In this document: positions 18,948 to 27,733 of the stretch, one piece after another
Layout of the letters: each line of letters opens with the position of its first letter
How positions within the stretch are numbered: the stretch's first letter is position 1
Assembly (NCBI GenBank): GCA_963740355.1
Contig: CAVUDW010000002.1
Coordinates: 448,001-512,000 of the forward strand
Source: an uncultured Gemmatimonadaceae bacterium
GTDB taxonomy: Bacteria; Gemmatimonadota; Gemmatimonadetes; Gemmatimonadales; Gemmatimonadaceae
Length of the DNA stretch: 64,000 nt
Direction of reading: 5' to 3'
The notes under the pieces: model-generated
The model's input: only the letters and a program-made list of their open reading frames with translations
Databases searched by the model: none
Told to the model about the DNA's origin: nothing
Translations under genes and position numbers: made by a program

Positions 18948-20287
18948 ACCGAGTCGGAATCGTGGCGTCGTACCTCGCCGCGCGGTGGCGTGCTGCCACG
19001 TTGCATGGCGCGCGGCTGCAGGCGTGGCAGGATCAGCGCGCGCGAGCGCTCGTGGACCATGTTCGCGAACGCAGCCCTTTCTATCGCGAGACATGGAACG
19101 GTGTGCCCTCGGCCCAGTGGCGCGACTTCGCCACCGTCGACAAGCGCGCCATGATGGAGCACTTCGACCGATTCACGACGATCGGTGTGACTCGTGACGC
19201 CGTGATGCGGATCGCGCTCGACGCCGAACAGCAGCGTGATTTCAGTGCTGTCGTGGACGGTCACACAGTGGGACTGTCGAGCGGCACATCGGGTCATCGT
19301 GGGCTCTTTCTCGTCAGCCCCGCCGAGCAGACGCGATGGGCAGGTACGATCCTCGTTCGCGCGATCCCCGACCTGCGGCCAGGGCATCGCGTGGCATTCT
19401 TCCTCCGCGCGAACAGTCGACTCTACGAGCGCACGTCATCGGTCGTGACGTTCCGCTTTTTCGACCTGCTGCAGCCACTGTCCGCGATGATCGAGGAATT
19501 GAACGCCTTCCATCCGCGACTGATCGTTGGTCCGCCCTCCCTGCTCGGCCTGCTCGCCGACGCCCGTGAGCGTGGCACGCTGCATGTCACACCGTCGCGA
19601 TTGATCTCGGTGGCCGAAGTGATCGAGCCACATGACCGGGCGCGGATCGAGCGTAGCTTTCAGGTCGCGGTCGGTGAGGTGTACCAGTGCACCGAGGGCC
19701 TCGTGGCGGTCGCATGCGGCCACGGGTCGCTGCATGTGCAGGAGGATGTGATGGTGATGCAGACCGAACAACTTTCCATCGACGATCCGTCGCGCGTGTC
19801 ACCCATCCTCACCGATCTCTGGCGGCGGGTGCAGCCCATCGTGCGCTACCGACTGGGCGATGTGCTGCGAATGGAGAGCGCCCCGTGCGCCTGCGGATCA
19901 TCGTGGCGTCGCATCGGCGCAATTGAAGGGCGGCAGGATGATCTCTGCTGGTTCCCCCAGGCTGACGAAACGTTGCGGGTGGTCTTTCCCGATGCGATCC
20001 GGCGCATGGTACTGCTGGCCGACGAACGCATCACTGAATATCGGGTGGAGCAGGCGGAGGCGGGTGCCTTGCTGGTCCAGATCGACGTCGTGGATGCCGC
20101 TGCGTTCGACGAGGTCGCGGCGCGCTTGCGAACCACGATCATCAACACCCTTGGCACGTATGGTTGTCGCGCGACCGTCGTTGCGATCTCGCACGGTGTG
20201 CCGACGCCGGTCACCGGTGCGAAACGGCGCCGCGTCCTTTGCACCTGGCGTCGAGGATCCTCGATGCCACTCGCCAGTGTGTCATGA
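18944..20287 (+). CDS. Adenylate-forming enzyme, phenylacetate-CoA ligase/F390 synthetase-related
   Basis: GLSSGTSG, EVYQCTEG, VRYRLGD, IEGRQDD; ATGA overlaps at both ends. Confidence 0.85.
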   Translation: MNRVGIVASYLAARWRAATLHGARLQAWQDQRARALVDHVRERSPFYRETWNGVPSAQWRDFATVDKRAMMEHFDRFTTIGVTRDAVMRIALDAEQQRDFSAVVDGHTVGLSSGTSGHRGLFLVSPAEQTRWAGTILVRAIPDLRPGHRVAFFLRANSRLYERTSSVVTFRFFDLLQPLSAMIEELNAFHPRLIVGPPSLLGLLADARERGTLHVTPSRLISVAEVIEPHDRARIERSFQVAVGEVYQCTEGLVAVACGHGSLHVQEDVMVMQTEQLSIDDPSRVSPILTDLWRRVQPIVRYRLGDVLRMESAPCACGSSWRRIGAIEGRQDDLCWFPQADETLRVVFPDAIRRMVLLADERITEYRVEQAEAGALLVQIDVVDAAAFDEVAARLRTTIINTLGTYGCRATVVAISHGVPTPVTGAKRRRVLCTWRRGSSMPLASVS

Positions 20288-21321
20288 CAAGTCTTGCAAC
20301 TGTGCCCACAGATTCCGGCGCGTTGACCTGCGCGCCGTTGCCCGTACGGATTTCCGGGATCGGGTCGTACCTGCCAGCACGCGTCGTGTCCAGCGATGAA
20401 CTCGAAGTCGAGCTGGGTCTCGCACCCGGCTGGATCCTCGAGCGCACTGGCGTCCGGGAACGCCGGCGATGCGTCGGCGAGAGTTCGGCTTTCATGGCGG
20501 CCGCTGCGGCACGCGACGCACTGGCCACGGCCGGTCTCCAGCCCGCGGATCTCACCGCGATCATTGGAGCGTCGAGCACTCCGCAACAGGCCATTCCGTG
20601 CACCGCGGTTTTCGTACAACGCGAGCTTGGCGCACCGGAGGGTGTGGCGGCCTGTTTCGACGTCAATGCAACCTGCCTCTCGTTCCTTGCGGCGTTCGAT
20701 GTGGCCGCACGGCTGGTGGCCGGTGGTGCGCACCGGCACGTGCTGGTCTTCAGCAGTGAAAGTGCCGCGCACAGCCTCAATCCACACGAGCCGGAGAGCG
20801 CCGTGTTGTTCGGTGATGCCGCTGCGGCAGTGGTTGTGTCGCATGCCGGCGAGAGTGGCGCGGCGCTGCACACCACCCGTCTCCAGACCTGGAACAGTGG
20901 CGCAGAGCTCAGCCAGATCAGCGGTGGGGGTACGCTGCATCATCCCAACGACCCCAACACAACGACATCGCACAACCTGTTTGCCATGCGTGGGCCGCAG
21001 CTGTTCCGGAAGGCGGCGCCGCTGCTGCTGCCATTCATGGACGAGCTGTGTGGCAGCGCGGGTTGGTCCCGCGACGAAATCGCGGCGGTGGTGCCGCATC
21101 AGGCATCCCGACACGGGATCGAGCTCGGATGGAAGCTGCTCGGTTTCCGCGAAGATCAGATCGTGGTGAACCTCGCGACGCGCGGCAACTGCATTGCGGC
21201 CTCGATTCCCCTGGCGCTGGCGGAAGCCGTTGCGTCAGGACGAGTCTCGCGCGGCGATCGGGTGCTGCTCTTCGGACTGGCCGCTGGACTCAGCCTCGGC
21301 GGCGCCGCGATCACGTTCTGA
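20284..21321 (+). CDS. 3-oxoacyl-ACP synthase III (FabH/OleA-like) condensing enzyme
   Basis: TGVRERR, NATCLSF (Cys), FGDAAAA, VPHQAS (His), GNCIAAS (Asn). Confidence 0.88.
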   Translation: MTSLATVPTDSGALTCAPLPVRISGIGSYLPARVVSSDELEVELGLAPGWILERTGVRERRRCVGESSAFMAAAAARDALATAGLQPADLTAIIGASSTPQQAIPCTAVFVQRELGAPEGVAACFDVNATCLSFLAAFDVAARLVAGGAHRHVLVFSSESAAHSLNPHEPESAVLFGDAAAAVVVSHAGESGAALHTTRLQTWNSGAELSQISGGGTLHHPNDPNTTTSHNLFAMRGPQLFRKAAPLLLPFMDELCGSAGWSRDEIAAVVPHQASRHGIELGWKLLGFREDQIVVNLATRGNCIAASIPLALAEAVASGRVSRGDRVLLFGLAAGLSLGGAAITF

Positions 21322-21414
21322 CCGTCCACGCCAGAGGACACCGACTGGCACGAAGCGGGGACGAAAACCCATGTGCGTTATTGATAAAGCATTTTCCTTC
21401 AACGCTTTACGTCA

Positions 21415-21430
21415 CGGCACGCGCGGTGCA
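21415..21430 (+). promoter_or_regulatory. Putative sigma-54 (-24/-12) promoter
   Basis: CGGCACGCGCGGTGCA fits GG-N10-GC spacing; AT-rich IHF-like TTCAACGCTTTA just upstream; GGAGG RBS before ATG 21477. Confidence 0.55.
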
Positions 21431-21476
21431 ATGAAGGAAACCGTCCCGATCGAAGCGGATCACAAACGGAGGTTCC

Positions 21477-21995
21477 ATGCGCACCACCTTTTTCGTCGCA
21501 GCCTGTTTCACCCTGCTCGCGCCAGCCGTGTCTCTCGCTGCCGCGCCGGGCTCTGGCGCGGCGCCATCCATGGGCATGTTCAGCGCGTCAGCGCTCGCCA
21601 TGTCACCAGCAGGTGCGTACGCCACTCCGGGACAGCGCGGCGACGACTGGCGCGATCGTGATGACAAGCACTGCGGTCGCGGCAATGCGTGGGGCTGTCG
21701 TCGCAATCGCGACGACCGCGACGATCGATATGACCGCCGTGACCGTGATCGCTACGAACGCGATCGATACGACCGTGACCGGTACGAGCGTGAGCGTTAC
21801 GAGCGCGAGCGGTATGAACGCGCCCGATACGAGCGCGAGCGCATCGAGCAGGAGCGCTACGAACGTGCGCGATATCGCGCTCGGTACGGATATCGCGATC
21901 GTCGCTACGAGCGGTATGACGGATATCCGACGGCCTGCCTGCGCGCCGGCGGACGGGTGATGGGCGGCGCGGTGCTCGTCATCTGTGTGCCGTGA
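21477..21995 (+). CDS. Secreted low-complexity protein with R(D/E)RY(D/E) pentapeptide repeats
   Basis: Signal peptide, CGRGNAWGC, RDRYE/RERYE repeats, C-terminal Cys pair; GGAGG RBS. Confidence 0.7.
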   Translation: MRTTFFVAACFTLLAPAVSLAAAPGSGAAPSMGMFSASALAMSPAGAYATPGQRGDDWRDRDDKHCGRGNAWGCRRNRDDRDDRYDRRDRDRYERDRYDRDRYERERYERERYERARYERERIEQERYERARYRARYGYRDRRYERYDGYPTACLRAGGRVMGGAVLVICVP

Positions 21996-22081
21996 TCACG
22001 TCCGGTGATCGCGTGAACTGATCACCGTCGGTCGTACGGGAAGCTGCGCGGCGCTGTGCGCCGGTCAGGACGAAGCGCGAG

Positions 22082-22321
22082 TCAGAATTCTGGCTCGCGC
22101 TTCGTCGTCTTGCCCGGCACGGCCGGCAGGGCACTCACGTCGCGACCACAGGTCACGCAGAAATGCCAGCCTGGCTCGACCTCGCTGCTGCACGCGGGGC
22201 ATTGTGCGATGGTGACGTTCATCCCGCAATGCGGGCAGAACGTCACGGCACGTCCCGCGGGCAATGCATTGGTGCAGTACGGACAGGGCCCACCCTTGTC
22301 GGTGGCGTTCGTGTTGGACAT
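22082..22321 (-). CDS. Double zinc-ribbon protein
   Basis: Four CxxC motifs (CPYC, CPHC, CPAC, CVTC); GGAG 9 nt upstream of the ATG. Confidence 0.8.
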   Translation of the reverse strand: MSNTNATDKGGPCPYCTNALPAGRAVTFCPHCGMNVTIAQCPACSSEVEPGWHFCVTCGRDVSALPAVPGKTTKREPEF

Positions 22322-22327
22322 CTGGTG

Positions 22328-23443
22328 CTACTCCCGCGACGAAAGAGTCGGCAGCATGCGCTCCAGCGACAACACGTCGAGTGACGCCGGTCGATCCGGC
22401 CACGTGTCGCGCCAGCAGACGATCAGGTCGCACGCGGCTGGGTTGCGCCCAGCATCCCGGAATTGCCGACTCTCGAGCTCGAAGTCGATGCGCAGGCGTG
22501 CCCACTTGCCCGGCGCGATCTGGCGCTTGGCCTCGCAACGCGGAAAGCCACTCGACATCGCCTCGACATTGAAGCCGAGTTCGCGCGCGACCATGCCGAA
22601 AAGGAAGATCACGCCGCCCACGTCGACCGGAGCGTGACGCACACCGCGAAACTCGATTGGGTCACCGTACACAGACGGCACGGAGAGTGGCGTGATGCGG
22701 GACAACATCTGCGCGTTTGCGACGGTGACGCCGTGCATCGCGTGCAGGGGTGCCGTTGCGGGCGCCTCATGCTGCATCAGCAGGGGCAGGTCAGCCAGCG
22801 ACGGAAGCGTGGCCGGCACCTTCGGCTGCTCGCCAGCAGGCGTTGATGCGGACGTTGCCTCGGATGTGGCCGACGGCGCCGTGTCGGCAGGTGATGGTTT
22901 CGCACGCGACGATTCATCGACGGTGGTGGAGTCGAGAGTGGCTTCGCCGGAAACACTGGCCTGCGCCATCTCGTCGTCCTCGCGATCCATTGCTGCGCCG
23001 ATGGCGATGGCATCGGACAGCACGATGCGTTCCTTCGCGTCGGCCTCGCCGGTTGATGCCGGCTCGTCGGCGCGGTCGATGGGCGCCTTGATGTCCGAAA
23101 GAATGGGCATGCGGATCGCGCCCATCCGCACTTCCACCGTCTGCAGTCGACGCAACAGCCCAGTGTCTGGATCTGGTGACGCGAGCTCCTTCTTGATCAC
23201 CGCGACGGTGTCAGGATCGCAGATCAGCCAGCCGCGTTCTCCCGACAGCAGTTCCAGAACGGCGTGCTCGTAGTCCTGCAGCGTGTCGACGCCAAGCTCA
23301 TTGCGATACGTCCGATACGGCACGAGCGCCTGCACGATCTCCGCCACGGAAAACGGTGCGCGCAGCTGATCCGGACCACCCGCAGACAGCGTGCGGACGA
23401 GACGATCGAAGATGCGTTCGAGGACTGAAGCGTCAGCGGTCAT
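22328..23443 (-). CDS. Hypothetical protein: helical N-domain, Ala/Ser/Pro linker, C-terminal endonuclease-like domain
   Basis: N-terminus LVPYRTYRNELG..DYEHAVLELLSGERG; C-terminus GVIFLFG..GFPRCEAKR..RIDFELESRQF..CDLIVCW. Confidence 0.7.
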   Translation of the reverse strand: MTADASVLERIFDRLVRTLSAGGPDQLRAPFSVAEIVQALVPYRTYRNELGVDTLQDYEHAVLELLSGERGWLICDPDTVAVIKKELASPDPDTGLLRRLQTVEVRMGAIRMPILSDIKAPIDRADEPASTGEADAKERIVLSDAIAIGAAMDREDDEMAQASVSGEATLDSTTVDESSRAKPSPADTAPSATSEATSASTPAGEQPKVPATLPSLADLPLLMQHEAPATAPLHAMHGVTVANAQMLSRITPLSVPSVYGDPIEFRGVRHAPVDVGGVIFLFGMVARELGFNVEAMSSGFPRCEAKRQIAPGKWARLRIDFELESRQFRDAGRNPAACDLIVCWRDTWPDRPASLDVLSLERMLPTLSSRE

Positions 23444-23463
23444 CACGGCAGAATAGGGAAGCG

Positions 23464-24087
23464 TCACGGTGCTGGAAGGGCTCGGGCTGGGACGAAGGCG
23501 GAGGCGCTCGGGAACGGTGAAGGTGGTCCACTTTTCCGGACCGCCGCAGGCAGGGATGCGAGCCATGCGGTGAAGCCGGAGTCGATCAGGCCACCAGACT
23601 GTGTCTGATTGGCCGCGGCGTTGGTGGCGAGATGATTGGCCCACTCGTTCTGCGGATGACCCGCGTGGCCCTTCACCCAGCGCCACTCGACTTCGTGGCC
23701 TCCACCCGAGACGACCGACAACGCCGTGTGCCACAACGAGAGATTCTCGACCGGTTTCCCGTCAGCCTTGCGCCACTGCTTGCGAGCCCAGCCGTGGACC
23801 CACTGTGTCATGCCGTCCACCAGATACCGCGAATCGGTGGTGAACACGATGCTCAGCCGTTCGCCCTTCACTGACAGGTGTGTGAAAGCCTGAATCACAC
23901 TCTGCAATGCCATCCGGTTGTTCGTCGTGTCGCGCTCGCTGATCCAAAAATCTCTACAGACGAGTTCGCCGCTCTTCAGCTGGAATTCAACCAACCCCCC
24001 GGCGCCGCCGGGCGTCTCTCCCTGCTTGCCGTTCCCCAGGCAACTCTCGTCCGCGTACACGGCCACCAGCGGATACCGAGCGCTCAA
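23464..24087 (-). CDS. rnhA: Ribonuclease HI
   Basis: YADESCLGN, TTNNRMAL, TDSRY, W..KQWRK, VENLSLW, WVKGHAGHPQNE. Confidence 0.88.
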   Translation of the reverse strand: MSARYPLVAVYADESCLGNGKQGETPGGAGGLVEFQLKSGELVCRDFWISERDTTNNRMALQSVIQAFTHLSVKGERLSIVFTTDSRYLVDGMTQWVHGWARKQWRKADGKPVENLSLWHTALSVVSGGGHEVEWRWVKGHAGHPQNEWANHLATNAAANQTQSGGLIDSGFTAWLASLPAAVRKSGPPSPFPSASAFVPARALPAP

Positions 24088-24293
24088 CGCACCACCTCGA
24101 GCCGGTCGATGTCGTCGATGTTCAGCAGCAGGGGCAGGCCGCTCGACGGGTTCTGCGTGAGCAGCATTTCGCGCCCACCCTGCAGCTTGATCGCTTCAGG
24201 AATGACGACCATCTCGCCACCATTGAGTCGAATCGCGACGCGCGATCGGTCGACGATGGCGCGCTCGAGCGCGTCGTACTGTGCTGCGGTCAC
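24084..24293 (-). CDS. Small hypothetical protein (start uncertain)
   Basis: TAAQYDALERAI..IDDIDRLEVVR; stop overlaps the rnhA start. Confidence 0.6.
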   Translation of the reverse strand: MTAAQYDALERAIVDRSRVAIRLNGGEMVVIPEAIKLQGGREMLLTQNPSSGLPLLLNIDDIDRLEVVR

Positions 24294-24381
24294 GGCGACA
24301 TCCAGGGCATTGGGGTCAGGTACGAGAGCAGGTACGGGTACAGGGTCAGGCACAGCGTCAACCACAGCCTCAACCACAGCG

Positions 24382-25542
24382 TCAGGAACACCAGTCGAGC
24401 GCGAAGGCGGTGAGCACCGCGGTCGCAGCGTCGATTTCGGAGAGTGGGACGTATTCGGTGGCCGCGTGCGCGAGGGCAATATCACCGGGACCAAAACAGA
24501 CAGCCGGAATGCCGGCGTCATTGAGGAGCGCGGCATCGGTCCAGGCGCTCAGCCCCTCGATCGGCGGTGCGCTACCCCGCACACTCGCGCACGCTGACGC
24601 GAGCCGCGTCACCAGTGGTGCCTCCACCGACACATCACTCGGCCCCTGCGCGGTATCGACACGGACCGTAACGGCCAGTTGCGGGTCGATGGAGCGGAGC
24701 TCCGAGAGGATGGTCTCGACTTCACGCAACACCGAAGCAGTCGTCTCGCCAGGCACCGTGCGCCGCTCGACCCGAAGGGTGCACTGCTCCGGGTAGGTGC
24801 TCCAGCCGACGCCGCCAGCGATGGTGGACGCGTGAAGCGATGCGCGGCCCAGCAAGGGATGGGTGCGAGTCGGCAGAATGGTCCGCTGAAAGCGCTCCAG
24901 TGCCGTGAGGACCAGCGCTGCATGCTGGATGGCGTCGATGCCGAGGTCGTATCGGCTCCCGTGCGCGGCGCGGCCAGTGAATGCGAACTCCAGCCAGACG
25001 AAGCCGCGATGTGCCGGACAGACCGCCAGTCGCGTGGGCTCGGTGACCACGGCGACATCGGCGCGTGTCCCACGTTCGAGCATGGCGCGTGTGCCGAGTG
25101 ACTCGAATTCTTCATCGATAACGGCGGCGACGATGATCTCACCCCGGATCCCTCGCTGCGCTGCCTGCCAGGCGGCGACCGACATCGCCGCGATGCCCGC
25201 CTTCATGTCGCAGCTCCCGCGGCCGTACAGGCGGTCGCCATCGATCGTGGGCGAGAATGGCGGGTGATCCATGCCATCCACGCCCACCACATCGAGGTGG
25301 CCGTTGAACATCAGCGTCGGGGCGCCAGCGTCGGGGGTCCCGATTCGCGCGAGCAGGTTCGCGCGACCATCGCGCACGTCCTGCCACTCGAGGCGAAAGC
25401 CCCAGCCGCCGAGCACTTCGGCGAGGACGTGGGCACATCCAGACTCGCCTGGGGCGCCTGGGACGAGGGTTGGATTTCGCGAGTCGACGCGGACGAGTGT
25501 TTCCGTCAGGGCACGCGCATCACCGGGGCGGATTGGCATCAC
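24382..25542 (-). CDS. M20 ArgE/DapE-family deacylase
   Basis: NGHLDVV, GRGSCDMKAG, DEEFES, EPT, AHG, AHAATE. Confidence 0.9.
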   Translation of the reverse strand: MMPIRPGDARALTETLVRVDSRNPTLVPGAPGESGCAHVLAEVLGGWGFRLEWQDVRDGRANLLARIGTPDAGAPTLMFNGHLDVVGVDGMDHPPFSPTIDGDRLYGRGSCDMKAGIAAMSVAAWQAAQRGIRGEIIVAAVIDEEFESLGTRAMLERGTRADVAVVTEPTRLAVCPAHRGFVWLEFAFTGRAAHGSRYDLGIDAIQHAALVLTALERFQRTILPTRTHPLLGRASLHASTIAGGVGWSTYPEQCTLRVERRTVPGETTASVLREVETILSELRSIDPQLAVTVRVDTAQGPSDVSVEAPLVTRLASACASVRGSAPPIEGLSAWTDAALLNDAGIPAVCFGPGDIALAHAATEYVPLSEIDAATAVLTAFALDWCS

Positions 25543-26513
25543 GGAAGTTGGGTGTCGAGTCGATCATGGAACTGGACCTGTGCGCCGGCGCGTGCGACGC
25601 GCAGCGGGATCAATGTCGCATGGCGGGCGAGGGCGCTGCGGACATCGTCAACGCGCTTCGACTGTGCAATCACCAGCACGCAGCCGCCGCCGGAGGCGCC
25701 CAGCGCCTTTGTGCCGAGTGCACCTGCATTGGATACGTCAGTCACTATCTGATCGATTAGTGGCGTTGTGATGGTCGGATGGAGCGCCCGCTGGGCAGCC
25801 CACTGTTCATGCAGGAGTGTGCCCAGCTGGTCGATGTCGCCCAGTCGAAGTGCCGCTGCCATCTGCGGTGCGAGCGAAGCCATGGCGGCCAGCGCATCGC
25901 AGGTCTGCGGCTCGCCACCCCGCCACGCATCGAGTACGGCAGTGATCGTCCGCGCCGACATCCGGGACTCACCGGTGAACCCGATCAGTGCGCGACCTTC
26001 GAATTCGCGCACCGTGGCCTCGGTCAGCTCGATCGGGTGCGCACGGGTGGTCGCTCCGCACTCGAGCAGGAGCGCGCCGCCGTAGGCCGCCGCGAAGTGA
26101 TCCTGGCAGCCGCCCGCCAGGCCCATGGTGTCCACCTCGGTGCTCCGGCTGAGCTCCGCCAGACCGTGGGCGTCGAGCGCAATACCGTTCCACGCCGCGA
26201 ATGCTGCTGCCAGCGCCACGCCGGCCGCCGACGATCCGCCAAGTCCGGAACCGATCGGGATTTGCGAGCTGAGCTGCACTGCGACCGGTGGTGAGCCGGC
26301 GCGCTGCCAGGCGGCTCGCACCAGTGCGTCGGTTGGAGGCTCAGCCTGCGTGGTTGCCGAGACGGTCGCCGTCGCAAACAGCTCGATCGCCACGTTGCAG
26401 ACCGCACCGCCCACTGCTGTGGTGTACGGCGCGACGTCAGTCCAGCCACCCGCCAGGTCGACACGGGCAGGCGCGCTGCAGACAACGGCGGTGGTGGTTG
26501 GAGTACGGGGCAT
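25539..26513 (-). CDS. GHMP-family sugar kinase (heptose-7-phosphate kinase/fucokinase-like)
   Basis: APARVDLAGGWTD, PIGSGLGGSSA, GGCQD, KALGASGGG. Confidence 0.88.
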   Translation of the reverse strand: MPRTPTTTAVVCSAPARVDLAGGWTDVAPYTTAVGGAVCNVAIELFATATVSATTQAEPPTDALVRAAWQRAGSPPVAVQLSSQIPIGSGLGGSSAAGVALAAAFAAWNGIALDAHGLAELSRSTEVDTMGLAGGCQDHFAAAYGGALLLECGATTRAHPIELTEATVREFEGRALIGFTGESRMSARTITAVLDAWRGGEPQTCDALAAMASLAPQMAAALRLGDIDQLGTLLHEQWAAQRALHPTITTPLIDQIVTDVSNAGALGTKALGASGGGCVLVIAQSKRVDDVRSALARHATLIPLRVARAGAQVQFHDRLDTQLP

Positions 26514-26625
26514 GGCGGGCGAAGCTACCACGGTCCGGTGCCGGATGCATCGATTGGGTGGGCGTCCAGCGGTGGCGAGCGGTCGCTCGCGATCGGCCGT
26601 TTCCACGCGCTGGCCGGCGACAGAC

Positions 26626-26665
26626 AAAATCGCCCGCCCCGCCATGAGGCGGAGCGGGCGATTTC
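26626..26665 (-). terminator. Intrinsic terminator of the 26705 gene
   Basis: Minus strand GAAATCGCCCGCTCCGCC-TCAT-GGCGGGGCGGGCGATTTT. Confidence 0.7.
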
Positions 26666-26704
26666 GGATCCAACGACGGCTCGCGCCGCCGCTGGGTCAG
26701 TGCA

Positions 26705-27514
26705 TCACTTCTTTTTCGGGGCCGGCTTGGCTGGCGTCTTGGCTGCAGCGGTCTTGGCAGCAACTTTCGCTGCCGGAGCCGCCTTCGCAACCACAGGTGC
26801 CTTGGCAGTAGTCTTCGCCGCCGGAACCGCTGCCTTCGGCGCCGGCGTACTCTTGGCAGCCGGTGCAGCAGCAGCCTTCTCGACCTTTGCGTCAGCCTTG
26901 GCGGCGGGCGCCGCTGCCTTGGCGTCAGCCTTAGGCGCAGCCTTCGCCACCGACGTCTTCGCCAGCGGAATCACCGTGGGCTCAGGAATCGGCGTTGGCG
27001 GTGCGACCTTGACCGGTGCCGGCGCCGGCGACGAAATCGTCGGTGGCCCAGCGGTCGGGCGACCCGCGTTGCTCACCGGCGCAGCAGGCAGCGACAGCGC
27101 TTCGGCGAGGCTGGCGAGCGGCTGAACCTTGGACGCGGTCGGCTTGCCCGGCACAGCCTTGCCCGGGGGCGGCTCGACCGGCTTCCGCTTCGACGCATAC
27201 TCCGCCACTTCGTCCAGCAGACCCTGCGCATCCTCGGTCGACATCAGCGCGCGGCGACGGAAATAGTCGACCACATCGCGGGTGCTCTCGAGGCTCAGTT
27301 CCGTATCAGCGATGGCGGCCCGCACGATGTTGCGCAGGGCGTTGGCCATCTTGCTGCCAGCTTCGAACTGGATTTCGTTCGCTCGGGCTGTCATCTCCGC
27401 GACCGTGTCGCGAATATCCGTGCCACGATGACCTGGGCTGCGCTTCACGGGCGCCGGAGTCGGCGCTGCCTCCGTGGGAGCTGCAGCGGGCACTTCGGGA
27501 GTCATGGGTTCCAT
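26705..27514 (-). CDS. Helical protein with histone-H1-like Ala/Lys/Pro tail (PhaF/AlgP-like layout)
   Basis: Amphipathic helical N-part; C-terminal AAKT/AKAAPAAK repeats ending KPAPKKK. Confidence 0.7.
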   Translation of the reverse strand: MEPMTPEVPAAAPTEAAPTPAPVKRSPGHRGTDIRDTVAEMTARANEIQFEAGSKMANALRNIVRAAIADTELSLESTRDVVDYFRRRALMSTEDAQGLLDEVAEYASKRKPVEPPPGKAVPGKPTASKVQPLASLAEALSLPAAPVSNAGRPTAGPPTISSPAPAPVKVAPPTPIPEPTVIPLAKTSVAKAAPKADAKAAAPAAKADAKVEKAAAAPAAKSTPAPKAAVPAAKTTAKAPVVAKAAPAAKVAAKTAAAKTPAKPAPKKK

Positions 27515-27733
27515 ACAGATTGATGGGCGCCATCGCACGGGACATACAGCCCGGATCGGCGCGTCAGATACAACGAATCGCCACGTCAGCGCGCCCTCGG
27601 CGCAACGCGGCTAAGTAACAACTGCGGAAGAATAAGTGTTCGTCTCGAATCCGCAAGTGATGGAAAGACAAGAAGTTGGGTTGAGCGCGATCCTTACGCA
27701 ATCACGATTGTCCGTCACCAACGCGCCACTAAC

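Noticed and set aside
24312..24386. 12-bp tandem repeat CACAGC(G/C)TCAAC and low-complexity stretch
   Set aside because: Short, degenerate and consistent with local slippage; no evidence of function
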